This document shows positions 36,163 through 49,710 of a DNA stretch of 64,000 nt, piece after piece. The DNA comes from Cystobasidiomycetes sp. EMM_F5 (taxonomy: Eukaryota). The stretch spans positions 1 to 64,000 of the forward strand of contig JBPGPT010000026.1 in the NCBI GenBank assembly GCA_051047955.1, in the 5' to 3' direction. The notes under the pieces were generated by a model. It saw nothing but the letters and a program-made list of their open reading frames with translations, was not told where the DNA came from and searched no databases. Position numbers and translations under genes: made by a program. Position 1 is the stretch's first letter. The number at the start of each line of letters is the position of its first letter.

Positions 36163-39100
36163 CTAATGAAGATCAGTCCTTGTGCGGCGGTGAGAAGGCT
36201 GATTGGCCGGCCGTGCTTGACCGACAATGTCCGACTTTGCAGAAGCTACGTGCTTGCGCACTTCAGTCGGAAGCGGAAACCCTGACGAGAGGCATAAACT
36301 AATATACCGAGCCAGCTCGAGGTGGATGTAAGGGTAATACTCAGTCGAAGTTTTGCGGAGAGTCTGTGCAAGTTCATTGTCAGCTTCCATCGATAGCCGG
36401 CTTATGTTTATGTAAAAGTCACCAGAAGAACTGCAGCAAAACGGCAATCGAAGAGATCTTTGTGGAAATTGTACGCAGCTTCGTTGGAGCGGCATGAGCG
36501 AGCTACTTGATTCAGCAGCCTCAGGTGAGAGACGCAGTATTCTGCACAGGCGAGAATTCAGTGCAAGCTAGACACGTTTGAGTACACGGAGACATACCCA
36601 TTGCCTCATACTCTACACCGCCTGTCATTCCGCCCGGTACTTTTGGCTGTTCGACTTGCTCTTCGTTCACACCCTCCAACCGCCAGAAAGTATTACTGGA
36701 GTGGCAGAAGATCCAAAAGTAGTCTGACAGAATGCCGGCAATCTCATCCATCCAAAGCTTGAAAGGCCGCAGCTTATGCGCTTGCTGTACGAAATGTATC
36801 GTAGTCTCCTCCTTTTCGTTTGGCGGGCCGATGAGAAGGCTGCGGACCAGATCGTGTGCCGAGGAAACAATCATTGTGTTGGGGTCAGCCTCCACGCTTT
36901 GGCTTTGGATCCGTTTGCTGAGAAAGGTCAGATCACTGGGAAACACGGCAGACGACGCGTTCGAGCCATGGGTTTCAATGTCCTCCGGTCGGAGTACTGG
37001 CGTACTGGATGACACATCTGTGTCCACACTTGGGCGTACGACTGTGCCGAAGGCATCGTTGGAGCTCCAGGGTTTGCACCAGTCATCCTTGGAGAGTTGC
37101 GGAGCTTCTCTCGGAAATACCAAGAAAACACCCAAGAGGATCTCAATGATACATTGGCGCGAGATCAAATCGCCTGGCTTCTTGTCGGAGTACAATAATT
37201 CCACAAGGGGTCTGAATGGGGTAGGGGAGTGCGAAGCCAAGCATGTCCGGCCAACCTGTCGTAACATATTCGTAAGCCCGTGTGTCAGCAAGAGCCTGAG
37301 TGACAAATAACGTACGTCTGTCATTAAGAGTCCTCTGAAGCATTTCAATAGTTCCATGAGTATTCGATCATCGTGCTGTTCCTCCCTATCCGCCAAATCT
37401 GGTCAAACTGGAAATCATCAATAGAAGAAGTATTACATACCTCCACTCCATCGTAAGCATCTCATGAAGCCGTTCCAACAGGCCGTCGTAGCCACCGCAT
37501 CTTGCCCACTCTGCAATCCAAGCCGAACTTTCATTTCGTAGTAAGACTCTGAGCTTCTTCATGTCCCTGTCAGCATCCAAATTCCGGACACTCCTCGTCT
37601 GGAGCATGCTTGCAAAGCCGGCTGCAATTTGAGCTGATATAAGGTCGAGCGGAACAGTCGAGAATCCGCTCGCTGTAGCTCTCAGGCTGGGCGAAGGGAA
37701 CGTTCTAGAATCATGTACTAGCTGGAAGCCATCAGGCAGGCTTGGAGATACTTCTGGAGACGATCTGATGAAGCTCTTGACTTTGCGGATCACCGCAGGC
37801 CGCTTCTTCGGGCTTCTCGGTGCGTCTCCTGTACTGCCTTGACTTCCATACATTTTGCGTTTGGAGATAGCGTTATCGAAAGCGGGAATTTCCATTGCAC
37901 CTACGGCTTGTCGCGTGAATGCTGAGGAAGTAGAAGACACGGTATGATGTGCGATACCTCCCGACTTCGCCGTGCCTTTTAGCATGTCACTCTTCACTCG
38001 CAAATCCAAGGCCAACATTTTGCGCGCTAAAGAGTCACTGAGATGCATGTTGGTCTGCATATCCAAAAATGGGCAGGATCAGATGCTGTCAGCTCGAAGT
38101 AACGTAAGTCGTACATACAATAAGCGCTTCAAACGCAACTTCGACATGTGCAGGATGATCTGATGGACCAGCCGTTGCAGCACGTTGTCTGGGCTGCCTT
38201 CCAGGTACGGTTGGCGCAGACGCAGACGTAGGCTGACCTGCGTAGTCACTGCCCCTCTCAGGTCGAGCGAGTGTAGCAGCGGGGAATGACGAAACTGCTT
38301 GCCCTGCTTTTGTACTCGACTCGAAGACAGGTGACGAAGACCCAGCAAGTGTAGTCACACCACCGTGCTGGTGTGTCGAAAGAGGGGGTTGTGCTGCCAT
38401 TTGCGGAGAGGCCGTCACAGCGCTGCTTGGCTTGACTTGTAAACAACGTTGCGACACCACAGCATTCTCACACTCCATTGGCATGTCAGACGTTGTCTCG
38501 GCATTAGCGAGAATGGTGGAGTGTATGTTGCGAATAGAATGGACTGTTTTGACCGCCGAGTGTTGCACGGCAGGAGTTTCGCGACCTGAACGAAACGCGG
38601 ATGCACGAACAGCATTCGGTCTTGGTCCATTCATTGATGTCGGCGCTGTGATACCGTAGGCTTGTTGCAGTGGGTTTGCCGTTGCTTTGCCAGCTGGGGA
38701 CAATGGAGGAGAAAAGGCAGGCGGAGCAGCGCCCTTTGGTAGACTGTACTGATTGCGCGGAGTGGAGAAAGGAATACCAGACGATGAACTTGCTGCAGCT
38801 GTTCGGACTTGGAACGCATTCTCCTTGTTGCCAGAGGTGAGTCCAAACGGTTGTGGCTGTAGATGTTTGAATTCAGATGTGCGTTTTCCTGATAGTCCGA
38901 GTCAGTCTGGCGAGTCTGGCAGGTCGTCAAATACTAAAAGCACACAAGCCCACTCACCGTCGTCTGCTGCTACCGCTTTCGATACCGCTTGTTGTTTTGG
39001 GGGCCGGGATCGCAGCGAAGGGCCGTCGTTTGAGCTCGACGAGACACAGCGCTGCTCGTACTGCTTTGCGCGTTCCCTAACACTGCCAGACTGAGCAGAT

Positions 39101-39279
39101 GTGCGCAAGTCCGGCTGGGATTTGACTTGTTTTGTCGCAACTTCATCGCTGACCCATCGAGCTGACCGGGCAGCTCCTCCAGCAGCAGCGGGTGCAGGAA
39201 CGCCAGTCACCAGCTTGCGCAGTACAGCCTGCGAGTGCTTGGCTGGCTGCTGCGGCGGCTGAGCTGTTGAGGTCTGCAT
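36163..39279 (-). CDS. Rho-GTPase-binding (Drf GBD/armadillo) protein, Rid1-like
   Basis: KKLRVLLRNESSAWI...GGYDGLLERL..LTMEWR|EEQHDD..ELLKC, LLYSDKKPGDL and PGGMTGGVEYEAM, after a disordered N-terminus. No FH2 domain seen. Confidence 0.78.
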
Positions 39280-39374
39280 GTCTGCAGCGACTATGTGCCG
39301 GTAGGCCTGGGGGAGACCAATTGAGCGCAAATAGTAGTCGCGTTCAACAAAGATTTCAAATGTAAACATTGAAA

Positions 39375-40764
39375 TTACGCTTCCTCATTATTCGAAGCAC
39401 TACTAGCGCTGCTGCTGCTGTCGCTGCTACTGTCATCATTGTCGGTTCCTTCATTTTGCTCACTGCCATCATCGAGCTTGCGTCGGGACGGTGGTCTCGC
39501 TTCATCCTGCTCGGATGCGGGCTCACGTTCCCGCTTATTCCACGCCTTTCGCGTATACTCTCGCTTCTGCACGAGCTCAATCTGTTTTGCTTCAGTCTTC
39601 TGCTCGAGGTACCGACGAGGCCAAAGCTCAAACTCTGGCCACTCGAGAATAGTCGTACCGCAGAGAGCGTCTTCAAGCGTCTGCTCGCCAAGAGGATCAA
39701 TCTGCCAGTACTTCTTGGCTTGAAGGCTGAAGGTGTGCCGTGATGGCAGCTCCGCGCCAAACTCCTCCGCGATGTCTGCAACATTGTCTGCTTCGTCTGC
39801 AGGCGCGATATCCGGCAGCCAGGTCGGCTTGATGGGCAGACTGGCGTGGGGAGCAGGTAGTGGTCGATCCTCCGCTTTGACAGTCTTGGCTTGCTCGTTC
39901 GACTGCTCACTAGCGGGGATCAGCGGTTCTCCATTCCTGCTAAACACTACCGGTCGACCGGGTACAGCCATCAGGACGGCATAGTCGTCAAGTACGATCT
40001 TCTTGACGCTGATAAGAGTCGCAGAGATGATGTGCTTGAGAGTGGACGTGGCGTCCTGCTGATGCACGGGCGTGATTGATTCCTTCTTTCCGTTGGCGCC
40101 GCAAATGCAGACTGAAACGGTAAGCGACAATTTCTGCAGCCTACACTCGAAATCAGCATAGGTGCCTACATGGAGTATAGGACATGTCAACCCACTTTGG
40201 ATTGAAATTGCCTCGGTTCTGCTTATGCCGTTGCATTTCTCTCGGGAGAAAGAGCAGTTCGACACCACGTCTGCCCAGCTGTGTCCTGAGTCGCAACAGC
40301 TTCTGCGGGAGATCGATAACCTTGAGGTTGACGTTGGGTGTATGGCCAGACTGCGCGTGCTCCCTCTCTTTGCCTTTACTCATCAGTTTGCGATATTGGG
40401 CCTGGTGTTCCAGTTTCGACTGTCGTGCCAGTGACGGCGCCAGGTCTTTTCCCCACGACTTGACTGCATCTCCGACTTGTCTGAGATACGCGAGGTCTCT
40501 CCACATCCCAATATCGCCGTACGTGTCCATTCCGACAAAGCCAGCTCGGTCTCGTTGACCGCTGCACCCGCTGCCAGACGTCTTGTGCGCCCGTGAGCAG
40601 GCTGCAGAGCACGTCTTGGTGCCGCACTTTGGGCACGTATACTTTGTGCTTTCGCGCTGGCACAGCGGACACAGGACTGCCCGGCTCGATGAAGCTACGA
40701 TGGAAGACTGCTGCTCAGGCTGCGTGGGCTCAGACGACGAGTGCTCCATGTCGTCCAGGCTCAT
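39375..40764 (-). CDS. BCD1: Box C/D snoRNP assembly factor Bcd1/ZNHIT6
   Basis: zf-HIT CPLC...KYTCPKCGTKTCSAACSRAHK...CSGQRDR, LPREMQRHKQN and TLEDALCGTTILEWPEF. Confidence 0.9.
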
Positions 40765-41146
40765 CGTCGTAGCGTCATACGCGGAATGTCGAGACGTAAG
40801 CGTGCTGGATGCGAGAAGCAGAAGCCATTGAAACCAGACAACATAAAAGTCATTCATTTAAAAGATTAAATACCCGCTTACAAGCACAACATCACAAGGC
40901 ATCTGCACAAACTGACTATCCATCTACATGTCGATGCACTGAGCGTCTCTACACACATCCTTCTCTCCCTTGATGTACGCCACCATGACGAAATGAATAA
41001 TTGAAAGGCCGAGTATTGGTGTTGGTATGGCTGTTCTACGGTATTGAAGACTGTACATACTGCACTTGTCGTGGAGCAATCACTGCTGACGTAAGACCCA
41101 ATAGAAAATCGAATGAAGAGGGAGGCTGTCGAAGGAAAGCTTGGCC

Positions 41147-43838
41147 TCATGTATGCGGATCTACCGATGAAAAAGGTAGTCCTTTAGGTATACTTTGCGC
41201 TTCATGTATCTGCGCTTGAGGTGTACGCTGCCCTTGCGCTGCACTCTCGCTTTGAGGCTCGCCTTGCGCCTCAGCCAACGCCATGACGGTCGGCGTCGGC
41301 GGTTCGGCGTCTGGCGGTCTGTTGAACCTAGCTCGATCCGCAAAGGGCGAGTCTGGGTGTTGTGAGACGGCAGATAGCGGCGGTGTTGTATTTTCGATAA
41401 TCATGCTAATCGTAGGTGGTGCCGGTCGATGTTGAGAGGACGATGAAGGCTGTCTCGGTTTCGAACCTTTGGTCATGTATGACCCTCCTTGCTCGTAAAC
41501 CGAGTCCGCCGTTGGTGTCCACACCTCCTCTTCATCGTCGTACTCTTCCATCGGGCTATCGAGTTCTTCAGGCTGGACCTGCCGCCACTGATACTGCGCA
41601 AGTTTACCGTGCAGCGTACCGTTGACTGCTCCTGGTGTCCCGCCACTGCTAGATCCGCTACTCCCATTCAGCCCTGATCCGCTGTGCGTACTCGCAGGAC
41701 CCGGCTTCCCACTAGACGAAGCGGTATTTCCGTCTCGCAAACTGTTGCCTCTTCCAAGTATACCAGCCGAAGAAGCAGGTTCGTCCATGTAGTGGTCTTC
41801 CGTTGCCGAACTCGCCGAAGAGCGAACGGTCGGCCAAGCATTATACATGTCTTCATCATCATCGTTGAATTTTCCATCGCCAAATGTATCGTTTCGCATT
41901 CCGCCGCCACGAGCCAGATGCGGTACCATCGATCCGGGGTTGACCATTGTATCTGATCCGCTCGTAGGCGGATACATTGCGTTATAGTCTTCTCGGATAA
42001 GAGGTAGACGGGCACCAGGACTTCCATGACCATCGTGCATGCCGAGTCCTCGGGAATTTAGACTATTCATGCGGATAGTATCTGCCGAGTCTCGAAATCC
42101 TGCTGCGGTACTCGTTCCCCACGAGGATCGCGCATCAGAACCGTCGTCGGGGTTGGTGACTCTAAACCTGGACGGCTGTCCATTGACTTGAAACTTTTCC
42201 CCATTCCTGCCCGCCATTCCTCCCATTCCACCATTTGCAAAGTATGGTTGACCCTCTTGGATTCCGTGTCCGTTTTGCCCTTGTTGCTTTGACAGCGCAG
42301 CAGTCTGGGCAGCGAGCAATTCCGCGCGATGTCGTTTTGCTCTCCGTCTATACAGCCAAAACAGGATTGCTGCTGTGATGACGGCAACGACGGAAACGAC
42401 AATGCCCACAATCTCTGGCCATTTCCTCGGTGAGTCCGGAACCAAACACGTTCCGTTGGATCCACCGGCGGACATGAGCAAACCCGTCGTGTTGGCATAA
42501 GTTCCCTTTGCATCGACAAGACTGATGAGGAAGGATGCGCCTGCGGATAGCTTGTTGACAAACGTTCCAGTCTGACCACGTATTGTCGTATTGACAACCT
42601 TGTCGCCGATGAGGACTTGCTGTATGACGTATGGAGCTACCCCGCCAGTCACGCTCACAGTGACTTCTTCGCACAAAGCGGGAGAGTAGTTGGAGAGGCT
42701 GTAGATCGATCAACGAAAGCGAGGCGATGAATGCAGACACATCGAGAATAATGCAATGCGGGTGTACATTCGGATTGCGGTTGCCCGAGTCACGAGTCGG
42801 TAGAGATTGATGTACCATCCAGATAACAAACGACGGCGATGTAGACATAGGAAGGCGCGTAAGCAAAGGAGGCAATACGAAGCGTCATCGCGACGTGAAC
42901 AATCACAGGGGTACGTGTACAAGGAATCAACTATCATCAGCCATCGGCGCGCAGAGAACAGCAAAAACCAAGCACACTCACGTAAATTGGACATTTGTCG
43001 TCGATTGACTATACAGCCTGCACGTATCGTTTGTGGATACATTAGACTGAGCAGGTTGCATGCTGTACAGCCTCCCAGCTCCGCCTGATTGCCCTCTCGA
43101 GTCTGCCCAGGCCATGACTAGCTGAGTATTGGGAAGGTAGGCCGCTACCCATGGATAGGTGACGTTGGGCGAGGTCTTGGAGGGAGGAAAGACGTCGGGA
43201 ACCATTCCTACTGGATGAATAGTGAGCGTGTAGGGCGGGTAGGCGATCAGAGTGTTGTTGGTCGCATCCGAGACGCCAAAGTCGATGATGGCGCATTGTG
43301 GGACTGGGTTGACGACCAAGGAGAAGGCGAGAAGGAGTCAGAAGGAAGGAGAGGGGGAATGATACATGCAGAGAGTGTCAGGGAGAGCGGAAAGGAACAG
43401 GAGGGAGTGGAGTGGGAGGCGAAGGGAGGGAGTGGGGGGGAGGCGAAGGGAGGGAGGCAGAGGGAAGGGAGAGAAGAAGAGAGAAAGATAGAGCGAGAAT
43501 GAGAGAGAAAGGGAAGGAAAGATAGAGACAAAGAAAGAGAAAGAGGGAGAGAGACATAGAAAGAGAGGGAAAGAGACGGCGACGGAGAAAGGCACTCCAT
43601 CAGCATCACTTCGTCTCGGACCTCTGGCCCTCGACGCGGCCCTCGACTCCCACTCACTCGTAAAATCATCCTGATACTCGTAATACCTGCAGATATCCAT
43701 CAGCCCCGTCCACTCAACGGCCGATCGAGACGACCATGCATCCGCCCACCAGTAGAATGGAAAGTCCTCTGCGGATACGAGGGCAATGCAGTGGCACAGG
43801 AGGACGAGGAGGAGGGGGAGGAGGCAGCATGAGCTCAT
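41147..43838 (-). CDS. Type I membrane protein with a fungal extracellular repeat domain and long disordered cytoplasmic tail
   Basis: Signal peptide (MSSCCLLPLLLVLLCHCIALVSA), two related modules (PQC...YPPYTL...WADSRGQSGG and LCEEV...GGVAPY...LVDAKG) and TM IVGIVVSVVAVITAAILFWLY followed by RRRAKR. Confidence 0.72.
43318..43590. repeat. Polypurine (G/A) low-complexity tract inside a 354-nt intron
   Basis: Nearly pure G/A on the + strand, with gggaggcgaagggaggga present twice. Lies inside the inferred intron 43304-43657. Confidence 0.85.
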
Positions 43839-44551
43839 TGCTCCATTCCCTCTTCCGTTCCTTTGATATTCATCTCTACGTGTGCCCGGCATTGTTGATT
43901 GCCAGGCAGACGGAGCGGGCGTGTGCAGGCTACAGCATTGCGGGGTGGTTGCAGTATGAAGTGATTGCAGCGAGTGCAGTGAGTGTAGTATCGATAACTT
44001 GCTTGCTTGCTTCTTTCTTTCTCGCTCGTCGAATGGTCCTCGACAAAGAAGTTGGATCCGATTGCAGCGGACACCTGGATGACTTGGATTAGATCAACAC
44101 AGACCAGACGGCTGCTACTAGCACACTACAATACTCAAACGAACAATGCCCACCCACACTACGCCATGTGTAGCTACAGCCCATTACATGGTGCTAGTCT
44201 GCCCTAATTGATGGCGGTGTTGGCCATGACCGCGTGGTCATTAAGCAGCAGTGATGCGATGGGGGAGCAGTGCAGTGTAGCATATATACCATCTGTAGAG
44301 TAATGTAGTGTAATGTATACATGTATGCACGTCCTTGTGTCCTTATTAACACCACATCCGAGTCGCATCACCCTCACATCACATCCGAATCAAATCATTC
44401 AAATTATCCAAGTGCAATGCATAAAAGGAGGAGGGATTGCAGGATGGAGGGGTGTTACTCCATTGCATTATTGCATACATACACTCCATAACTTATACTC
44501 TATCACCCATTCCATAAACACCGCCCACTCTAACTCTGTTCAAGTTTACAA

Positions 44552-45664
44552 ATGGCCCCCCTCGACTTTGCAAATCTGCTCCACGATGTGGGTGCACACT
44601 GGCAGCTGCTCACTGCATGCACGCTGACTAATACTCATCCACTCCCATAGTACTCTCCCATGTCGTCGTCGTCGCCCTCGTCCATCCCCTCGTCGCATTT
44701 AGACGCGTCGACGTGCGCCACGTCCGAGTCTGACTCTTGGAGCGACGACGATGGAGTACACGCTCGCATACTCGACACAACTCCATGCACTTGCTCGTCG
44801 TACAGCGAAAGGGTGTTCCGAACCAACACTCACCCCGTCGCTCTCCCACTACGGCTACCTCGTCCGCAGTCTGTAGAGTCATTTGATCCCTCTCAGACAC
44901 TCCGGCTGGACGACTCACTAAAGCACGTACCCACGCAGTACATCCTAGACTGCCTCACCCTCGAGTCTCCTCGCCTATTCGAAGGAATAACAAAGAGCGA
45001 CATTTGCGTGACCGAGGACGAGTACGACGACCTCCCTACACAGTCATCTGTTCTCCTCCGCTATCCACGCGATACCACACCCGCAGACCACGTACTGTGC
45101 ATCACGTCTGACGACTCATCGCACCGTCTCATGCTGCCCATACACGGCCTAGTTCTCGCTGCAAACTGTGTCGCCTTTGACGCACTCTCGCAGAGCGTAC
45201 CTCTCCCAACATCCCACATTATCCCGCAAGACGAGATTGAGCGACTGTATTCCCTGCGTGCAGACGATGAGCAGAACGATGTCGTACAACTCCCACTGGT
45301 TCATATCCATGTACCCTCGATGCACGGATTCACAACCATCCTACCCTACTTCTACAACACCTCGAATACGTCTGCACTCTTGTCGTCTCTCCTTCCTCTG
45401 TCCTCCCTCGCATGGCCCACTAGTCCTACATCGCAAAGTCCTTCAGTCAACATTGTAATGGACGACACGCCAACAATCCTAGCTGCCCGTCTGTCTGTCC
45501 TCTCCCAGGAAGAGCTATTGCAAAACGCAAAGAAGTTGAATGGGGTATGGAGGACGGTCGTCGCGTTGGGAGCGGCAAGAGACGGGCTCTGGAAGGTGCT
45601 GGACCTAGCATGGAGCGTAAATGTCGCCGCGCTCGCTATGCATGAAAGCAGGACGGTAGAATGA
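44552..45664 (+). CDS. CLP1: Clp1 (clampless-1)-like basidiomycete developmental regulator
   Basis: VALPLRLPRP, VPTQYILDCL, PIHGLVLAANC, LPLVHIHVPS..FTTILPYFY, LLSSLLP and GVWRTVVALG...LWKVLDLAW match the recalled Clp1 pattern. A short first exon 44552-44587 splices in frame to 44651. Confidence 0.75.
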
Positions 45665-46025
45665 ACTGAATCGAGAGGGAGGAGATGATGATTCGCACAT
45701 GTAGCAGCCTTATTTGGTGTCTTGTCGTGCATCTGGATAACGTAGCATAGTCTTTACTTTTGCATATCAGTCGTATGTAGCTAGCATTTTTGGTATCCTC
45801 TTTATCCAATCAGCATTCGCAAGTTCATTTCCTACTATAGCAAGCTTCATCATGACCTGCCGGGCCGTTTCAGACTGACCCAATAAACATGACTGAACTG
45901 ACGCTTGACGCTTGAACGCAAAACAACAACAACACCAACAACGCTTAAACAAACTTGAAAGGACCGTGCTAACGTATCTGTCGTCATCAGTACCCGTCAT
46001 TCCGTCAAGATATCAAAGAGTGAGA

Positions 46026-49000
46026 TCACTCCTCCTCCTCCTCCGACAAGCCCAGGCTATCCGTCATTGCATCGATACTCTTCATGAGCGTATCGAGATC
46101 CTCGACGACGCTGAATCCGCTTGCCGTCCTCTCCAACCGAGCACTATTCCTGTTATCCAGGTATCTCGACAAGGACGACACGGTCGACAGCGTAGACATG
46201 TTGCTCTCTGATCGTGTCAGTCCAACCTGACCGCCAGTCGTGCTAATGCTGCCAATACTACTACTACTAGTACTGCCGGTGTTATATCCGTTATTCCCCA
46301 GCGCAATTCGAGAAAGACTGGATTTGCTGGATCGATTATTAGTATTAACACCTTTGCCTTGTGAGACGTGGTTCTGTGCTGATTTTGCAGGTGACGCATT
46401 CTGACTGGTCGGGGGCAGACCAGGCGAGTAGAAGGGCTCGCGATAGGAATTACTATCTGGAAAACGGCGAAAGGGTGGTGGTGTAGGAAGAGGAAAGGGT
46501 GAAATGGGCGTACTTTCTCCGTCGTTATTACCAGACTCGGAGGTTTGGCGCTGCAAATCTATTCCAAGACCTTGTGGCTGCGTGTTTGTGATATTTTGGG
46601 CATGCCACGGTGGCACAGAAATGGCAGAAGGCGCGTTTGGTCGCTGTAAGCTAAAGGAAGTATCAACTCGATCTGAGCTACTGCTGTTGCTCGGCGTCAT
46701 TCGTCGTGAGCGAGGTGGAACGACGGCGTCTGCCGAATGATGTCGTGCCATATCTATACCGGATGCGAATGGCAGAGTAGAGGTAGACGCCAGTGGGCTA
46801 TGCAGCGGCAACGTATCTGACAGCGGAAGTTCAGCTGCCGATACAGCAGACCTATCCTCACTCGCCAACCGGACAGGCCGAATACCACCTCGGATACTTG
46901 TTCCACTATCTCCTGATCCAGTCCTCACATTCCACGCATTCCGATTTCTCAGACTTTGCGAATCGCTACTCGTGCTAGAAACAGGCGAGACTGAGCGGGG
47001 CTGCGACAGCTTGAGAGCATCTCGACGGTGTTGGCCAAAGGGTAGCGAGCTGTTCTGTATGCCCAGCCCCATTACGTCTACATCATGCTGGATCTGATCA
47101 AGCAGTTCGTCCAACTCTGGCGCTTGACCATTACCCATGATGAGTGTGGAATCCATAAGCATGCTATCATCCGCAGAAGAGCGTGCATTGCTTCCTGCCG
47201 CGCCATTTGGTCGAGGCTCGACAATGGCGCTGTTCAAGCGGTTTGAAACATTCTGGATCGATGCAAGAGGCGTAGCGGAAGAAGAAGAGAAGAAGCGTTC
47301 ACGCTGTGACAGGCCGGGCGAGGGAGTCGTCATCGGATCTTTGTCAACATTCGGTGAAGCTTCGAGGTGCGGAGAGAGCAGTGTGCTTTTGTTCAGTTGC
47401 GAAGCATACATGATTGACGGTGTCGTATCTGAAGCAGCTGTCGAAGATGAAGCGGTACGAGAAGCAGGACGTGATACAGGCGGTGTAGGACGCGAGACGG
47501 TGCCAGACCTGTCGCCATCGGAATCTGCGAGTCGATCAGAATGCACACTATCCGAATCTGCACCCGACATGGCCGACTCGGATGGCTGACTGGATTCCTC
47601 AGATCTCTGCGACCGGCTCAAGCCTCTCTTCCTTGGCCGACGTGCAGGCGAGGAGGTGCTGGTGGACGCCCAAGCCGTTTCTGTTGGCGCAGGAGCGGGA
47701 TCCACCGCCTTGAGCTTCCTCCTTGAACCAAACGAGAACCAACTTGTTTTTCCTTGTTCGACGTCATCGCCCGTAAACACAGCAGCGGAGCTGGAGTCAG
47801 AGAACGCTCGGGCACTGGATAGCGGAAGGTTCGGAACTTCGTGGGCATATTCGCGCTGTGCAAGTGCTGCTACTGCCGCAGCAGCGGCTGCGACATCGCG
47901 AGAACCACGACGAGGGCTCGCTTGAACGACGTGTTCTAATATTTCTAGTGCCGGCAGTGATGACCGCCGACGGCTGCTGCGTGTACTCGAGTGAAATGCA
48001 CTGGCCGTAGATGATATAGAGCGTCGATGCAGGGAACGGGATAGCGATTCTGTCGGACTTGATGCTCGTAGTGATTGGGTAGGCGAGGTTGACGCCGGCC
48101 GAGTCTCAAGAGGGGTAGCGGCATCCAGACTTTCTGAGCCCAGGGCTTTGAGCTGTTCAATCTCCTTGTGCAGCTCGTCTACTTCGGCTTTCGCCCTGTC
48201 CAACTGTTCATTCAAGAACGAGTTGACCCTGCGTTCTTCTGCCACCATTGTGTTGGCTTCCTCAAACAGGCTGACAGACAAATTCTCAATCTCCTCTTGA
48301 AGAGCCGCGTATCGTTTGCTTGTAGTATCGTGCGTATTGCGTAAGCCAGCATGTTCCTCTTCCAACGCCGAGTACTTTCTCTGCAGATTCGTCAGCTGCG
48401 TTTGTAAAGCTGCGACTATACGCGGATCCTCCTTAGTGACAGCGCCGGAAACATTGGCACTGCTGCTTCGCAGCATTCCCATGGACGTTTTGCGCAATCG
48501 CGCCGCTGCTGTGCGTGGATTATCGTCATCGCTTGACCCATCGCATGATGCGCTGGCTCGTCCGCTCGCATCCGTCATTGGCTCGAGAAGTGCAGAAACG
48601 CCCGCACTGGTGCTTGATGAGCTCATCCCGGAAGACTTGGCAACGCTCGATGCGCCAGCGGCAGCTCTCCTCCAGAATCCTCCCAGACGTGGTGAGGGCG
48701 CTGTAGGAATATTCGAATCAGTGTCTGTGTCTGCGACACTGGATAGCGTTGAAGATTGCGATGGCACGGGAGAGCGAGTTCCAGATATCCGCTTGGCAGG
48801 TCCGCTCTGCTGTCCCATTCCGCTCGATATGCGTGCCATCTGCGAGTTGCGCTTGATACTGTCTTCGAGGGCTTCTGCATGATTTTCGGCAAGAGCTAGG
48901 TTAGACTGAGCTATCACTAGGTTGGTCTCGAGTTCAGTTTGTTTAGCATGCATGGCTTGTAACTCTAGCAGCTGTGTTGATTTCATAGGTCATATATTTT

Positions 49001-49710
49001 AGCTTGAGAGAGCGGCCATCTGCAACTAGACGACTTGCCGTTTGTTCATGCATGGCAACCAACTTTCCCAGAGCGCGGCGTTCATCTGATTGTTTATCTG
49101 ACCGCTTTCGACTGAGAACCTGATTTGGATCTATACGACGCGTTCAGTACAGACGTAGTATGGTGCATACGCTTCGCTCACCAATGAAGCTATGACGATG
49201 ATTATTAGCTGGGCGACCGTCTGCCGAGAGAGAATAGGCCATATCGAGGGCCTTGTGCAGGCGTGCGGAGTCTTTGCTACTCCCTCCTGCACCGTGACTG
49301 TGGTCGCTCTCCATTGTCGTTGCGACGGACGCATCGGAAGCCTCTCTGGCGTGCGATGACCCACTTATGGTATTTGAACGCTGTTGCCAATTGTTTCGTG
49401 GCGACTTTGTGAATGGCGAAGGAGACGCCTTTAGAAACGGGCTGACGGGGTTACTCTCTGCTGAATTCACATATGTAGCATACTGCTGAAAGTAATCGTT
49501 GCCATGGCCGAGGACAGGCGTTATCCGCGAGGCGCGACTTGGAAACTGATGTAGCGACTGATCTGCCTCACTTGGCGACTGCAGCAACAGTCGACGCGCA
49601 AACGCGAGCGGGTCTTCATCGCGTCCCGGCTGTTTGATGGGAGTTGTTCCCCCATTGGACGTGGTGATTGCTGTCCCTGCTGCTGCATCGTTGGGTAAAC
49701 TCCAGCTCAT
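46026..49710 (-). CDS. Sec2-type coiled-coil (Rab GEF domain) protein with a long Ser-rich disordered C-terminus
   Basis: LQEEIENLSVSLFEEANTMVAEERR is the Sec2p core motif. Upstream exons join through a GC-AG intron at 48972-49038. Confidence 0.75.

Noticed and set aside
43338..43892. Long ORFs through the GA/CT tract (Ser/Leu/Phe-rich or Glu/Gly/Arg-rich)
   Set aside because: Artefacts of low-complexity intronic sequence that lacks stop codons.
44050..44650. Homeodomain-heterodimer site GATG-N9-ACA upstream of the CLP1-like gene, or a mating-type locus
   Set aside because: A manual scan of both strands found no exact match, and no homeodomain, pheromone or receptor gene was recognised in the window.
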